IMG/VR virus record: IMGVR_UViG_3300035670_000112
Coordinates: 1 to 64,000 of that record
Strand: one strand, 5' to 3'
Source: a virus
DNA length: 64,000 bases
This document shows positions 27,613 through 37,889 of the stretch, one piece after another. Numbering within the stretch: the first letter of the stretch is position 1; every line of letters begins with the position of its first letter. A program made the translations under genes and the position numbers. The notes under the pieces are model-generated. The model did not search any database, was not told the DNA's origin, and worked only from the letters and a program-made list of their open reading frames with translations.

Positions 27613-27971
27613 TGGAAATAGTGGAATATGTTCCCAACAGGGAAAGATGGTCTGATGCTCCGAGGGTCAATGATGTTCAGATAGAGGGTGCAACATGTGT
27701 ATCCCCGCTGTTCAAAAGTTACACGGTCAATTACAACTATGACAATGGACTGTTCGTAAAGGACCCTCATGTGGAAAATGTGATGCGTAACGTGGTACTC
27801 GCAGTATCGACAGGAAGGACGTTCAAACAGCTTCTGTATGAGGTGAGCATGCGACTCGACAGGTCATTGGATGACAGAGTAGGGAGAGAGACCTTTGCAA
27901 AGGTCATAGTGGAAGAGAGGATATCAGGGATATTGAACAGAATAAGGACAGAGAATGAAGGACAGGAATGA
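27612..27971 (+). CDS. Hypothetical protein
   Basis: 119 aa; coupled to ThiF. Confidence 0.6.
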   Translation: MEIVEYVPNRERWSDAPRVNDVQIEGATCVSPLFKSYTVNYNYDNGLFVKDPHVENVMRNVVLAVSTGRTFKQLLYEVSMRLDRSLDDRVGRETFAKVIVEERISGILNRIRTENEGQE

Positions 27972-29013
27972 TTATTTCAATTCAAGCGGTGTATCAAGGA
28001 GTCTCCTTGTAAAGCTACTGGATCACCCCAGAAAGGTGAAGATGATGATGGACGGAGTCTATGCGGATCAGACCTCAGATGCACTTGAGAAGGGATCTGC
28101 ATTCGATTCGCTCATGTTCGACACGCGACAGGAGTTCAACTCAAAATACCGTATAGCGGCAACAGCGAATCCGTTCCCTCAACGCAACACCAACAAGGGG
28201 AAGTTCGCATGTGAGTGTGAATCCATAGTGAAACAGATGATAGAGGCCGATGAGTTCTTTGACATCGATAATGTCTACGTGAAGGCCTATGCGGACTCTG
28301 GTATAAAGAATCCAGATATCAGAACCTCCATAAAGGAGTTCGAGGAAGCTGGAGGGAGAGCATATCTTGAGGAACTCTACGCCAATGCGAAATTCATCAC
28401 GCTCTCTCAGGAGGAATTCAACGGTCTGTCGGCCATGAAGGAGTCTCTGATGTCCCATGAGAACATCTCACATTTCTTCTGTGACAGTGTACCAGAGGAT
28501 CATAGGGTGCTCAAAGGGAATGATGAGATGCTGTATCAGGTGGATGTAAGATGGCAGCAGGAGGATCTTGAGTGCAAGGCACTTCTGGACATAGTGTCGA
28601 TAGACCATGAGAGAAGGGTCATAACAGGGATAGACCTCAAGACGACATCCTTCACATCTGCGGATACCACAGGCTCGATATTGAAGTTCAACTATCACTA
28701 TCAGGCAGCATGGTACCGTCTTGCGTTGGAGGCATTCGCTGCTCAAAGATTCGAAGGATTGGACTATACCGTAAGTGATCAGTTCCATTTCATATTCGTC
28801 TATACGGACACTCTGTACCCTCCCACGATATTCACCATGTCATCACATGACATGAAGTGTGCACGTGATGGGGGTCATAGATATGGAAGACCTGTCAAGG
28901 GTATCTGTCAACTGTTGAGCGATCTGAAATGGCATATTGACCATGATGCGTGGGACTATTCAAGGGACACCTATGAGAACGGTACCCTGATCTCCACCAT
29001 CTATGACCGTTGA
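27955..29013 (+). CDS. PD-(D/E)xK exonuclease (RecE/exonuclease VIII-like)
   Basis: SRSLL...ALEKGSAFD...CKALLD...IDLKTT...YHYQAAWY. Confidence 0.8.
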   Translation: MKDRNDYFNSSGVSRSLLVKLLDHPRKVKMMMDGVYADQTSDALEKGSAFDSLMFDTRQEFNSKYRIAATANPFPQRNTNKGKFACECESIVKQMIEADEFFDIDNVYVKAYADSGIKNPDIRTSIKEFEEAGGRAYLEELYANAKFITLSQEEFNGLSAMKESLMSHENISHFFCDSVPEDHRVLKGNDEMLYQVDVRWQQEDLECKALLDIVSIDHERRVITGIDLKTTSFTSADTTGSILKFNYHYQAAWYRLALEAFAAQRFEGLDYTVSDQFHFIFVYTDTLYPPTIFTMSSHDMKCARDGGHRYGRPVKGICQLLSDLKWHIDHDAWDYSRDTYENGTLISTIYDR

Positions 29014-29015
29014 GC

Positions 29016-29861
29016 ATGGAAGGCATCATAAAGGCGACACAGGTATTCGCATCCATACACGTTCAGTTCGCTGTGAACTGCAATGTGACCGATGTGAAGG
29101 ATGACAGGGGCTCTGTGATCACTGTACTTGACAGTAATGGAAGAAGGCTGATCACTCTTGGTGATCTTCTGTACGTGAAGGACCATGGTTGGTATCAATG
29201 TAACCGTATGGACCGTTTACGTGTAAGTGACGGACATGCCATCTACAGGGTGATAACCGCTGAAAGGTCGGACACGTCACTTCTACTTCTTCCTATGTAC
29301 GGAGGTGACAGAGAGAGCTTCAGGTTCTCAGACCTTCTGGTGAATGCCTATTGTTTCAGGGAGGGGTTCTCTCCAGGTAGAATATGGCTGCTGTACAGGA
29401 TACCTCACAGTGATGAGGATGTCCTTACAGATACATTGGACAGTATATCGAAGAATCCATGGTATCTCACACATGAGAGTTTCGGTACTGAGCATATCGT
29501 GGTCACGATGTCCATCCCTGATGGGCATATCGACACTGTCCATAGGTTCTTCAGCGGAAAGTTCTCAAAGTTCACTCAGGAGTACAAGGAGTCGATATAC
29601 AGATTCCATAATATCAATGACAGATACAACAGACTCAGACTCGAGCTGGAAAGACATCCTGTTCTCAAACAGAGAATGGAGACGGATCTTTCCATCACGC
29701 TCGGTGATGAGGATGAACTGAGGTCTGCAATAGTGGAGGATAGGGAGACACTTAAGGTATCCATGCTGATAGATGAGCAGAGAACTGGTATTGAGAAGCA
29801 TCGTAGGGGAACAATGGTTCAAGGCACTCTACGGTCACATGATGTCAAAGGAATTCGATGA
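29016..29861 (+). CDS. Hypothetical protein
   Basis: Long ORF in the operon. Confidence 0.65.
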   Translation: MEGIIKATQVFASIHVQFAVNCNVTDVKDDRGSVITVLDSNGRRLITLGDLLYVKDHGWYQCNRMDRLRVSDGHAIYRVITAERSDTSLLLLPMYGGDRESFRFSDLLVNAYCFREGFSPGRIWLLYRIPHSDEDVLTDTLDSISKNPWYLTHESFGTEHIVVTMSIPDGHIDTVHRFFSGKFSKFTQEYKESIYRFHNINDRYNRLRLELERHPVLKQRMETDLSITLGDEDELRSAIVEDRETLKVSMLIDEQRTGIEKHRRGTMVQGTLRSHDVKGIR

Positions 29862-30477
29862 CCTTGGGCATTTCATAATTGAGGAAAGGAAGAGATACAG
29901 GGTATTCCCTGCTCAGAAGGATGTGTTCAATGCATTCAGATCCACACCTTTCCATGATGTGAAGGTGGTATTCCTGGGGCTTGATCCTTACATACGTGAG
30001 GGTCAGGCCACAGGGTACTCATTCGGTGTCGACATCGATACTGCGATCACAGTACCTCCATCATTGAGGAACATCATCAGAGAAGTGGAGAGTGACCTTG
30101 ATGTCCTGTGTCTTGAGTTCGACCATTCATTGAAAGGTTGGGCACAGCAGGGGGTACTGCTGTTGAATACCGCACTCACGGTCAGAGAGGGACAGACAGG
30201 TTCACATCTTCTCCAATGGAGCGGATTCACTCAGAGTGTACTGAAGGCATTGAACGATAAAGGGGACAATGTGATCTTCATACTGTTGGGAAAGGATGCC
30301 CAGTCGTATGCAAAGTATCTTGACCCGTCAGTGACGAAGGTGATAATGGCACCCCATCCTGCAGCGGAATCGTATGCAGGGGGGAAAGCAGGATTCTTCG
30401 GTAGCAGGATATTCAGTAAGTGCAACAGCATGCTGTACATGCTCGGAAAAGAAGAGATAAATTGGAATATAAAATAA
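29773..30477 (+). CDS. ung: Uracil-DNA glycosylase, family 1
   Basis: DVFNAF, VKVVFLGLDPY, VPPSLRNI, WAQQGVLLLNTALTV, HP...GFFG...FSKCN. Confidence 0.9.
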   Translation: MSRELVLRSIVGEQWFKALYGHMMSKEFDDLGHFIIEERKRYRVFPAQKDVFNAFRSTPFHDVKVVFLGLDPYIREGQATGYSFGVDIDTAITVPPSLRNIIREVESDLDVLCLEFDHSLKGWAQQGVLLLNTALTVREGQTGSHLLQWSGFTQSVLKALNDKGDNVIFILLGKDAQSYAKYLDPSVTKVIMAPHPAAESYAGGKAGFFGSRIFSKCNSMLYMLGKEEINWNIK

Positions 30478-30480
30478 ACC

Positions 30481-30717
30481 ATGTATTTAGATTACAAGTG
30501 TACAGTTTGGATGAGGATACGTATACCCGATGAAAGGAATGATAGGGAATACATCCTCAGGATGTTGAAGCAGGGGATGGAGCCTCTGTTCACAGATGAA
30601 GAATATGAGACCCTTTACGATACCTCAGAGGATATGACAGTGGAGGATAACGATGGACAGTCCACAGTAGAGCTGTTCGATGACAATGGTAATGCAATAT
30701 TCAGTAATGGAAAGTGA
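30481..30717 (+). CDS. Hypothetical protein
   Basis: 78 aa, acidic. Confidence 0.65.
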   Translation: MYLDYKCTVWMRIRIPDERNDREYILRMLKQGMEPLFTDEEYETLYDTSEDMTVEDNDGQSTVELFDDNGNAIFSNGK

Positions 30718-30922
30718 AAAAGCGATAATAAACAGATTGGAGCTTGCTTCAGAGCTTGCCCATAGAATGCTTGTGATGGAATGGAAGGACCGTTCTGAGA
30801 GCATGTTCAACGATCCGAAAGCGGGTATTACAGAATATTCTGATGATGCTCAGGAGATATTCAACCATCACTATGACACGATACTTGAAATAATAGAGGA
30901 CATACGGTATGACGCAGCATGA
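30707..30922 (+). CDS. Hypothetical protein
   Basis: MESEKAIINRLELASELAH... Confidence 0.6.
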   Translation: MESEKAIINRLELASELAHRMLVMEWKDRSESMFNDPKAGITEYSDDAQEIFNHHYDTILEIIEDIRYDAA

Positions 30923-31157
30923 TAGAGTAGTGGCCCATATAGAGAGCAGATCGTGGTTCACCTATGACGGTATCAGTGCAGGAGTATTGAGCTTCAGTAC
31001 CCGTGAACACGGTAACGTGGGAGATGAGGAGCCAGGTGAGGAGGATATACGGAAGGCACATCAGGTGGCAGGGGAGATACGTGAACGTTTCCCTGTAAGG
31101 AACATCGAGATATCCTCAGTGGATGAATGGACGTATATCCAATTCGAGATGATATGA
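30909..31157 (+). CDS. Hypothetical protein
   Basis: 82 aa. Confidence 0.6.
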   Translation: MTQHDRVVAHIESRSWFTYDGISAGVLSFSTREHGNVGDEEPGEEDIRKAHQVAGEIRERFPVRNIEISSVDEWTYIQFEMI

Positions 31158-31566
31158 ATGGAACATACGTGTATATCGTAACCCTTACCAAGGACGATGG
31201 GGTCACACGGTTCAAGGTTGCCATTACGGCCGCTGATGATAACGGACTGAGGGACAGGATAGCTGAAGCGTATCCTGATCACGATTGGTATTCACCAGTG
31301 GGTGAAAGATATCAATTGGTATAGTATCGATAGATATTATATTTGGATAACATGTGAGGGAAGCTGTATATTTGCAGCTTCCCTTTTTTACATTTCGAGT
31401 ATGGCGAATTTCTATAACATACAGGGTCAATGTGCAGCTTTTGTGGCTGGTAGACTCAGTGACCTTCAATGGAGGAACATATCTCATGTGGAGAGAGATG
31501 GAAAGCAGTGTATACTGCATATGAAGAATGGGGATGTATATGAACTTTCAATTAAAAGAAGAGAAG

Positions 31567-32082
31567 ATGAAAGAACCGATGCCTATGCACTCTTGCATAA
31601 GAGTGTGGTTGGAGAAGACATCGACCCGAAAACCATCAGTTCCTGAACTGATGACAAGGGAGGATGCCGACTTCAACACGATGTTGATAAGAGAGGAAGT
31701 GAATGAGCTTCTGTCCGCACTGTCAACGAATAATGACCTTACAGAACTGTGCGATGCATATTTCGATGTGCTCTGGGTGGTCACCCAATCAGCAATGCTG
31801 AACGGGCTCAATATAAACGACCTCTGCAGAGCGGGCTTTTACAGCAACATGTCAAAGTTCTGCAACACATACGAGGAGGCACTTGATACTGTGGAAGCCT
31901 ACGCCAAGGGAGAACATCCTGCAAAGTATGGTACACAGATCGAATGTAGGATAGACGAGAACAGGGATGGGAGTTTCACTGTAAAGAGAGCATCCGATTC
32001 CAAGATACTCAAGTCGATCAATTTCAAAGAACCTGATTTTTCATTCATAGTACAGAGAGCAAAGGAACATGGGACAGTGTGA
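31567..32082 (+). CDS. MazG-like / all-alpha NTP pyrophosphohydrolase
   Basis: LIREEVNEL...ELCDAYFDVLWV...SNMSK...KILKSINFKEPD. Confidence 0.75.
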   Translation: MKEPMPMHSCIRVWLEKTSTRKPSVPELMTREDADFNTMLIREEVNELLSALSTNNDLTELCDAYFDVLWVVTQSAMLNGLNINDLCRAGFYSNMSKFCNTYEEALDTVEAYAKGEHPAKYGTQIECRIDENRDGSFTVKRASDSKILKSINFKEPDFSFIVQRAKEHGTV

Positions 32083-32629
32083 AGAGTACTTCAAAGGTGA
32101 TGAGCTTGCAGTTTCAGTATGGCAGGGTAAATATGCTGCAGATGGGGAGATCACCCCTGATGACATGCATAGACGCATGGCAAAAGAGTTTGCAAGGATT
32201 GAAAAACAGTATTCTGATTCTTCAGAACCCTGGGAAATAAGAGTTGTAAAGACTGAGAATCTGAGCAGATACGGAAAAGATAGAAAACCTCTTGTAGAAA
32301 GTGTGATATACGATCTGTTCAAGGATTTCAAGTACATAGTACCTCAGGGTTCCATTATGTACGGGCTTGGAAGGAATGATAAGTACATCTCATTGAGCAA
32401 TTGCTTTGTCATTGATTCAGCAAAGGACAGTTATGGAGGCATCTTCAAGACCGAACAGGAGCAGATCCAATTGATGAAACGCAGAGGAGGTGTAGGTCAT
32501 GATATCTCAAACTTACGTCCTGAAGGTACTGCAGTGAGCAATTCAGCGGGAACATCAACAGGAGTGGTCTCTTTCATGGAAAGATTCTCCAACGCTACAA
32601 GAGAGGTTGCTCAAGCAGGAAGAAGAGGT
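32069..32629 (+). CDS. nrdJ: Class II (B12-dependent) ribonucleotide reductase, exon 1
   Basis: VWQGKYA, IVPQGS, SLSNCFV, RRGGVGHDISNLRP; ends AQAGRRG. Confidence 0.88.
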
Positions 32630-32995
32630 AAATAAAAATGTGCCTCAAAACTATGTGAACCTATAAATATAGGGTGTCTGAGGAGATTCAGGCTAACGGT
32701 GGAAACTATAATTTTGCCAAAAAATTATAATAATACCGTGCTAAGCATTTGTATATTTATGTTTTTGTTAGAAGGAAGAAGAAATAATCCTATTCCAAAA
32801 GGTAAAAGAAAGGGATTGTTCTTTGAGTATACAAATGAAAGTGTAACGACTATCGAACGGGTAACTGTCACAGTTGACAGTGAGTAACCAAGTAGAGTAC
32901 ATTTAAGGTGAAATTCCTTAAGTGGAAGCGCATAGGTGAGTAGAAACGTAGTTCTACTTGAAGATATAGTCTAAACGTGAAGAAATTCACTTTTG
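32630..32995 (+). mobile_element. ORF-less group I intron in nrdJ
   Basis: Splicing restores GRRG|ALMLS. P1 pairs GAGGT with GCCTC (U.G at the splice site); AATGT pairs with 3' exon GCATT (P10); P7 GACTAT/ATAGTC; terminal G. Confidence 0.88.
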
Positions 32996-35029
32996 GCATT
33001 AATGTTAAGTATTGATATCAATCATCCTGATGTTGCCAAGTTCGCAACGATCAAATCGGATCTTACAAAAGTTACAGGAGCAAATATATCAATAAGGGTC
33101 AATGATGAGTTCATGAAAGCTGTTGAGAATGATGAAGATTATATTCTCAGATGGCCCTGTGATAAAGAAATAGATGAGGAAATTGCTTTTAGACACCCAT
33201 ATAATGAAAGTATAATAGGCGAGTGGGGAAGTGTCACAAAGAAAATTAAAGCAAAAGAACTTTGGGATACTATCATTGAACAGGCAAGAAATAATGCTGA
33301 ACCAGGTGTAATGTTCTGGGATAATGTGATGAAAGGCTCTCCTGACAGTGTATATGAGGAATACAGACCTGTCAGCAGTAATCCCTGTGGTGAACAGTTC
33401 CTTCAACCGTACGATAGTTGTAGACTGATGTGTCTGAATCTGTTCTCGTTTGTAAATGATCCATTCACTGATGATGCAGAGATCGATTATGATAAACTGT
33501 ATCAGGTGGCCTATGAGCAACAGAGACTGATGGACGATCTTGTTGATCTTGAGATAGAGCATGTCGACCGTATCATTGAGAAGATAGAGAATGACCCACA
33601 GGATGACCTTATCAAGGGTACTGAACTTCAGCTTTGGAAGAACATCAGACAGACTGCACAGAGTGGTAGACGTACAGGCAGTGGTATAACTGCTCTTGGA
33701 GACATGCTTGCTGCAATAGGAGTAAAATATGATTCTGATGAAGGTCTTGAGGTAGTTGAGAAAGTGATGTCGACCAAGATGAGAGGTGAGTTGGACTGTA
33801 CGATCGATCTTGCCATTCTGAGAGGAAAGATTGAGGGATGGGATCCTAAAAAGGAATTCGGTACAGTAGTGGGTTATAAGGACACGAGATCAGTGGATAT
33901 AAAGACTATAGGGAATGATTTCTACCTTTCATTGATCAGAACCTTCCCTGAACAGGCTTCCCGTATGATCGATCACGGACGGAGGAACATCTCCTGGAGT
34001 ACGATTGCTCCGACAGGCAGTGTAAGTATCCTTACAGGAACTTCAAGTGGTTGTGAGCCATTGTTCATGCCTTTCTATATGAGAAGGAAGAAGGTCAATC
34101 CTGACAATACTGATGTACGGGTGGATTTCGTTGATCAGAATGGGGACTCATGGCAGGAATTTGCAGTATTGCATCCTAAATTCAAGGATTGGTGCATCAC
34201 AGCATTCGGATTGAATGAGACTGCACAGGAAAGATTGAATGATAAGGATACTTTACAGAATCTTTTCACGAAGTCTCCATGGTACGGTGCAACTGCAAAT
34301 GATATCGATTGGAAAAAACGAGTGGAGATGCAAGCTGTGTTGCAAAAATATACTACCAATGCGATCAGTACTACACTTAACTTGCCTGAGGATACTACTA
34401 CAGAGACCGTGAGTGAGATATATCTGCACTCTTGGAAACAAGGTCTCAAAGGACAGACGGTTTATAGAGAAGGGTCACGTAGCGGAGTACTGGTGAATAT
34501 AGATAACAAGCAGCAAAAGACATCATTTGAGTATCATGATGCTCCTAAACGTCCTTTATGTCTGCCTGTGGACATTCACACAACGGTTTCCAAAGGAGTC
34601 AAATGGAATGTCATTGTCGGACTGTTCGATGGTAGACCATATGAAGTGTTCGCAGTACCTTACTTCACCAATGAGACATCTCTGGAACTATGTAAGGTCA
34701 AAAAAGGAAGATACGACCTGCTCAGGAACGGTGAAACATACAGTGAGGACATAACCTCTCAGATCACTGATGAGCAGGATGTACTGACGCGAATGGTAAG
34801 TACAGCATTGCGACACGGAGCTGATATCACATTCATCGTAGAACAGTTGAACAAGTCCCATGGTGATATCACCAGCTTCAGTAAAGCTATTGCAAGAACT
34901 CTAAAGAAATACATAGATGAGAGGAAGATGGTATCAAGAGCAACCTGCACTGAATGTGGAAGTAATAACCTGGTTTTTGAAGAGGGTTGCCTTTCATGTA
35001 AGGACTGCGGTTCGTCCAAATGTGGGTAG
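32996..35029 (+). CDS. nrdJ: Class II ribonucleotide reductase, exon 2
   Basis: NAEPG, SNPCGEQ, SCRL..LNL, TIAPTG, YREGSR; C-terminal zinc ribbon CTECG...CLSCKDCGSSKC. Confidence 0.9.
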   Translation, partial: ALMLSIDINHPDVAKFATIKSDLTKVTGANISIRVNDEFMKAVENDEDYILRWPCDKEIDEEIAFRHPYNESIIGEWGSVTKKIKAKELWDTIIEQARNNAEPGVMFWDNVMKGSPDSVYEEYRPVSSNPCGEQFLQPYDSCRLMCLNLFSFVNDPFTDDAEIDYDKLYQVAYEQQRLMDDLVDLEIEHVDRIIEKIENDPQDDLIKGTELQLWKNIRQTAQSGRRTGSGITALGDMLAAIGVKYDSDEGLEVVEKVMSTKMRGELDCTIDLAILRGKIEGWDPKKEFGTVVGYKDTRSVDIKTIGNDFYLSLIRTFPEQASRMIDHGRRNISWSTIAPTGSVSILTGTSSGCEPLFMPFYMRRKKVNPDNTDVRVDFVDQNGDSWQEFAVLHPKFKDWCITAFGLNETAQERLNDKDTLQNLFTKSPWYGATANDIDWKKRVEMQAVLQKYTTNAISTTLNLPEDTTTETVSEIYLHSWKQGLKGQTVYREGSRSGVLVNIDNKQQKTSFEYHDAPKRPLCLPVDIHTTVSKGVKWNVIVGLFDGRPYEVFAVPYFTNETSLELCKVKKGRYDLLRNGETYSEDITSQITDEQDVLTRMVSTALRHGADITFIVEQLNKSHGDITSFSKAIARTLKKYIDERKMVSRATCTECGSNNLVFEEGCLSCKDCGSSKCG

Positions 35030-35156
35030 ATAATCAGTAAAGTAATAGAGCGAAACTCTTGATCAGAGTAGAAACAGCCGTAAATTCCATGGATCAGCTC
35101 GGTGATAATGGTGGTAACATATACCCACCCGCTCTTAACTTTTAATCAAAACAAAG

Positions 35157-35570
35157 ATGAGTAAATGTGAAATATGCGGCAAGGAAGGTTTTCATAAACT
35201 GAGCTGCCCAACGCAGAAGGTAACTGTGTTCCTATCGGATGAAAAAACGGATAACTTCTTTGAAGAACAAGATAAAAAGTACCTGAACGGTATAAGAGAT
35301 CAAATAGAGAAACTGACTCCATCTGATTACGAGCCTATGCCTAAAGAAACAGTGTCAATATTCAACGCTCTTATCCCTACACTTGAAGGAGACGAAGTAG
35401 AGGAGTTCATCCGTAAGTCAGAATCAGCAGAACGGGCAACAATTGACTGGAGCAGACAGATGAAACAGATGGAGTTGATTCTTGAAAAGTCACGGGTATC
35501 CAGAAGGATATCCAAATACAGCAAGGGCAACGTTCCTGTGGTCAAACGAAGTAAAGACGTAGAAGAATGA
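35157..35570 (+). CDS. Hypothetical protein with N-terminal CxxC-H-C motif
   Basis: CEICGKEGFHKLSC. Confidence 0.65.
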   Translation: MSKCEICGKEGFHKLSCPTQKVTVFLSDEKTDNFFEEQDKKYLNGIRDQIEKLTPSDYEPMPKETVSIFNALIPTLEGDEVEEFIRKSESAERATIDWSRQMKQMELILEKSRVSRRISKYSKGNVPVVKRSKDVEE

Positions 35571-35902
35571 AAGCAGAAGAACTACGCATCGGGAATTGGG
35601 TCGAAATAAAAGACCAAGAAGTTAAGACATACGCACAGGTTGAAGGGTTAGGAAATCTCCAACACGTTGCTGGACAATTATGGTCAATTGAAGAACTTGA
35701 ACCGATACCACTAACAGAGGAATGGTTGACGCGGTTCGGGTGGAATCCGCCTAAAGACATAAGCGTATCTTTTTCATTAACCACGAACGATATTCATTTT
35801 GTAGCGGGTAACTACTACAAGAAAATTCAACACGTCCACCAACTTCAAAACCTTTTTTACTGTCTTTGTGGACAAGAATTAACACTAAAACAAATAGCAT
35901 GA
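35567..35902 (+). CDS. Hypothetical phage protein
   Basis: MKAEELRIGNWV...EPIPLTEEWL..FG...VHQLQNLFYCL, a common Bacteroidota phage family pattern. Confidence 0.75.
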   Translation: MKAEELRIGNWVEIKDQEVKTYAQVEGLGNLQHVAGQLWSIEELEPIPLTEEWLTRFGWNPPKDISVSFSLTTNDIHFVAGNYYKKIQHVHQLQNLFYCLCGQELTLKQIA

Positions 35903-36081
35903 GAAAAGAATCTGCACTTACGGTTGTAATTGCATTAATTGGAATGGCTGTATATTTTTGGCTTGGATATTATAACGGAATCAAGACACCAATGGAATCA
36001 GAAAATGAAATAATACCGATACTTAGAATTGAGCAAACAGAAAACAGAATAGACACAATTTACATATACAAAAGACCATGA
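35899..36081 (+). CDS. Small membrane-anchored protein
   Basis: N-terminal transmembrane segment; ATGA coupled. Confidence 0.6.
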   Translation: MRKESALTVVIALIGMAVYFWLGYYNGIKTPMESENEIIPILRIEQTENRIDTIYIYKRP

Positions 36082-36124
36082 GCAAAGAAAAAGTGAAAAG
36101 AAGTAAAGACGTAGAAGAATAGCC

Positions 36125-36355
36125 ATGCCAGACATTACGATGTGTACGGGTGAGAAATGCCCACTTAAGCAGATATGCTACAGACATACTGCAAAGCCAG
36201 ATCGTTATCAAACATACTTTGCAAAAGCTCCTGTACTTGGAGGAACGTGTGAGTATTTTTGGAGGACAGAACCAAAGAAGTGCAAGTATGTAAAAAGGGA
36301 AGGTGAAAGCTGTACCCTGAATGATAACTGTACATACCCTAACTGTAAAGAATGA
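36125..36355 (+). CDS. Cys-rich hypothetical protein
   Basis: MPDITMC...CP.K..CYR...CEYFW. Confidence 0.7.
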   Translation: MPDITMCTGEKCPLKQICYRHTAKPDRYQTYFAKAPVLGGTCEYFWRTEPKKCKYVKREGESCTLNDNCTYPNCKE

Positions 36356-37128
36356 AAAAAAAAATGATAATATCGATTAGCGGAAAAGCAGGTTCTGGAA
36401 AGGACACTGTAGGAAAGATCATTCAGCATTTGACATCTGAGTGGGCGGAAGATGAATATAAGGATTCCGACATGCTTGCTTTTAGAAGCGATTGGCAGAT
36501 CAAAAAGTACTCTGACAAACTCAAGGACATAGTGTGTATTCTTATAGGATGTACCAGAGAGCAATTGGAAGATCAAGAGTTCAAAGAAACTCCATTGGGA
36601 GAAGAATGGACAAAATGGGGAATATTACGTCCCAACGGATCCAGAGTTATTGATATGCAGGCCACTTACGAAGAGGCTTTTGCAAGAAAGGAGAATGTCT
36701 GGCAGGATGGTTCCACAATAGAGGAAGTTAAGTTGACTCCAAGAATGGTCCTTCAGTATCTGGGAACTGACTTTGCAAGGAATGTGCTTCATCCTGATGC
36801 TTGGGTGAATGCCTTGTATTCTGAATACAGCCCGTTGTTTTACGAAAAAGATTCAGAAGGAAGAATTGAGATAGTTGAGGAAAAATGGATCATCACAGAT
36901 TCAAGATTTCCCAATGATGTCAAACGTACCCGTGAAATGGGAGGTATTCTTATAAGAGTGAACAGATCTGAATGTGAAGGTCGCAAGAATGAACACATTT
37001 CAGAAACAGCTTTGGATGATTTTGATGAATGGGATTATGTCATTGAGAACAACGGAACCATTGAAGAATTGATAGAACAGGTAAGAACGATCCTTGAAGA
37101 AGAAGGAATCATAAAAGAGAAAGAATGA
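36352..37128 (+). CDS. Deoxynucleoside monophosphate kinase (T4 gp1-like)
   Basis: ISGKAGSGKDT, TPRMVLQYLGT, IITDSRFPND, HISETALD. Confidence 0.85.
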   Translation: MKKKMIISISGKAGSGKDTVGKIIQHLTSEWAEDEYKDSDMLAFRSDWQIKKYSDKLKDIVCILIGCTREQLEDQEFKETPLGEEWTKWGILRPNGSRVIDMQATYEEAFARKENVWQDGSTIEEVKLTPRMVLQYLGTDFARNVLHPDAWVNALYSEYSPLFYEKDSEGRIEIVEEKWIITDSRFPNDVKRTREMGGILIRVNRSECEGRKNEHISETALDDFDEWDYVIENNGTIEELIEQVRTILEEEGIIKEKE

Positions 37129-37559
37129 AAATAGATTGGAATGAGATACTTGGACCTATTAAGATAGCTGAGTTGACATATGGAAAGGATGCATCAAGAT
37201 TCAATGGTCTGAACATCATCATCAAGGAGATAAATGACGTATCTGACAGATGGTTGGATTTCATCAAAGAGAACTGTATCCCAAAAAATGCAGTCTCTGA
37301 CAGAGGGAGTAAGGATATACTTGATGCACTTAACTGTGTAATGACCGATATCGAAATGCTCAGGGACAATAAATGGCAACCTGATGAGGAGTCATGCAGA
37401 TGTACACTTGAGAATCTTGAACTGATAAGGGATCATATCATGACACATGGGTCATATACTGACAATGAAAAGGTCATGTTTGAACGTAAAAGCAGTCCCT
37501 TAAAGGAAGGGGATATGAGTTATCCAGAATTGACAAAGCCTGAAGATGTCGAAAGTTAG
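37125..37559 (+). CDS. Hypothetical protein
   Basis: 144 aa. Confidence 0.65.
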   Translation: MKIDWNEILGPIKIAELTYGKDASRFNGLNIIIKEINDVSDRWLDFIKENCIPKNAVSDRGSKDILDALNCVMTDIEMLRDNKWQPDEESCRCTLENLELIRDHIMTHGSYTDNEKVMFERKSSPLKEGDMSYPELTKPEDVES

Positions 37560-37568
37560 GGGTATCTT

Positions 37569-37666
37569 TGGTAACGTTTTGCAGCTAACATAAGTGGCTG
37601 CTTGTAAGAACTTCTGAATTAAAAACAAATGCTTGTAGCAGCCATTTTTGTTAGGTGCTGTTATAA
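37569..37666 (+). repeat. attC-like site 9 (second locus)
   Basis: TGGTAAC-G-TTTT-GCAGCTAACATAAGTGGCTGCT ... AGCAGCCATTTTTGTTAGGTGC-T-GTTATAA. Confidence 0.8.
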
Positions 37667-37684
37667 GTTGTAAAAATTACGGTA

Positions 37685-37876
37685 ATGGAAAACGAAACAA
37701 AAAAATTAACACAAAAAGAATTAGAAGCAAGAGCATTAATTGCAGGTGATTTGCTACGAGAAGGTGAAGTAACAAGAGTTGAAACGTTCAGAGTTGAAAT
37801 TGATGCTGCTCTTGGTGAAAATACTGGCGATTTGAAGTTTGAAAAGAACACAGACTTTGAAGATGGTACGATGTAG
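37685..37876 (+). CDS. Cassette protein (second locus)
   Basis: 63-aa ORF between sites 9 and 10. Confidence 0.65.
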   Translation: MENETKKLTQKELEARALIAGDLLREGEVTRVETFRVEIDAALGENTGDLKFEKNTDFEDGTM

Positions 37877-37889
37877 TAATTTTTATTGC

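Larger units (their letters stand above)
35548..36120 (+). repeat. 21-bp direct repeat flanking two genes
   Basis: GAAGTAAAGACGTAGAAGAAT at 35548-35568 and 36100-36120. Confidence 0.85.

Noticed and set aside
32699-32887. 62-aa ORF inside the nrdJ intron
   Set aside because: Overlaps the ribozyme core and has no endonuclease motif.
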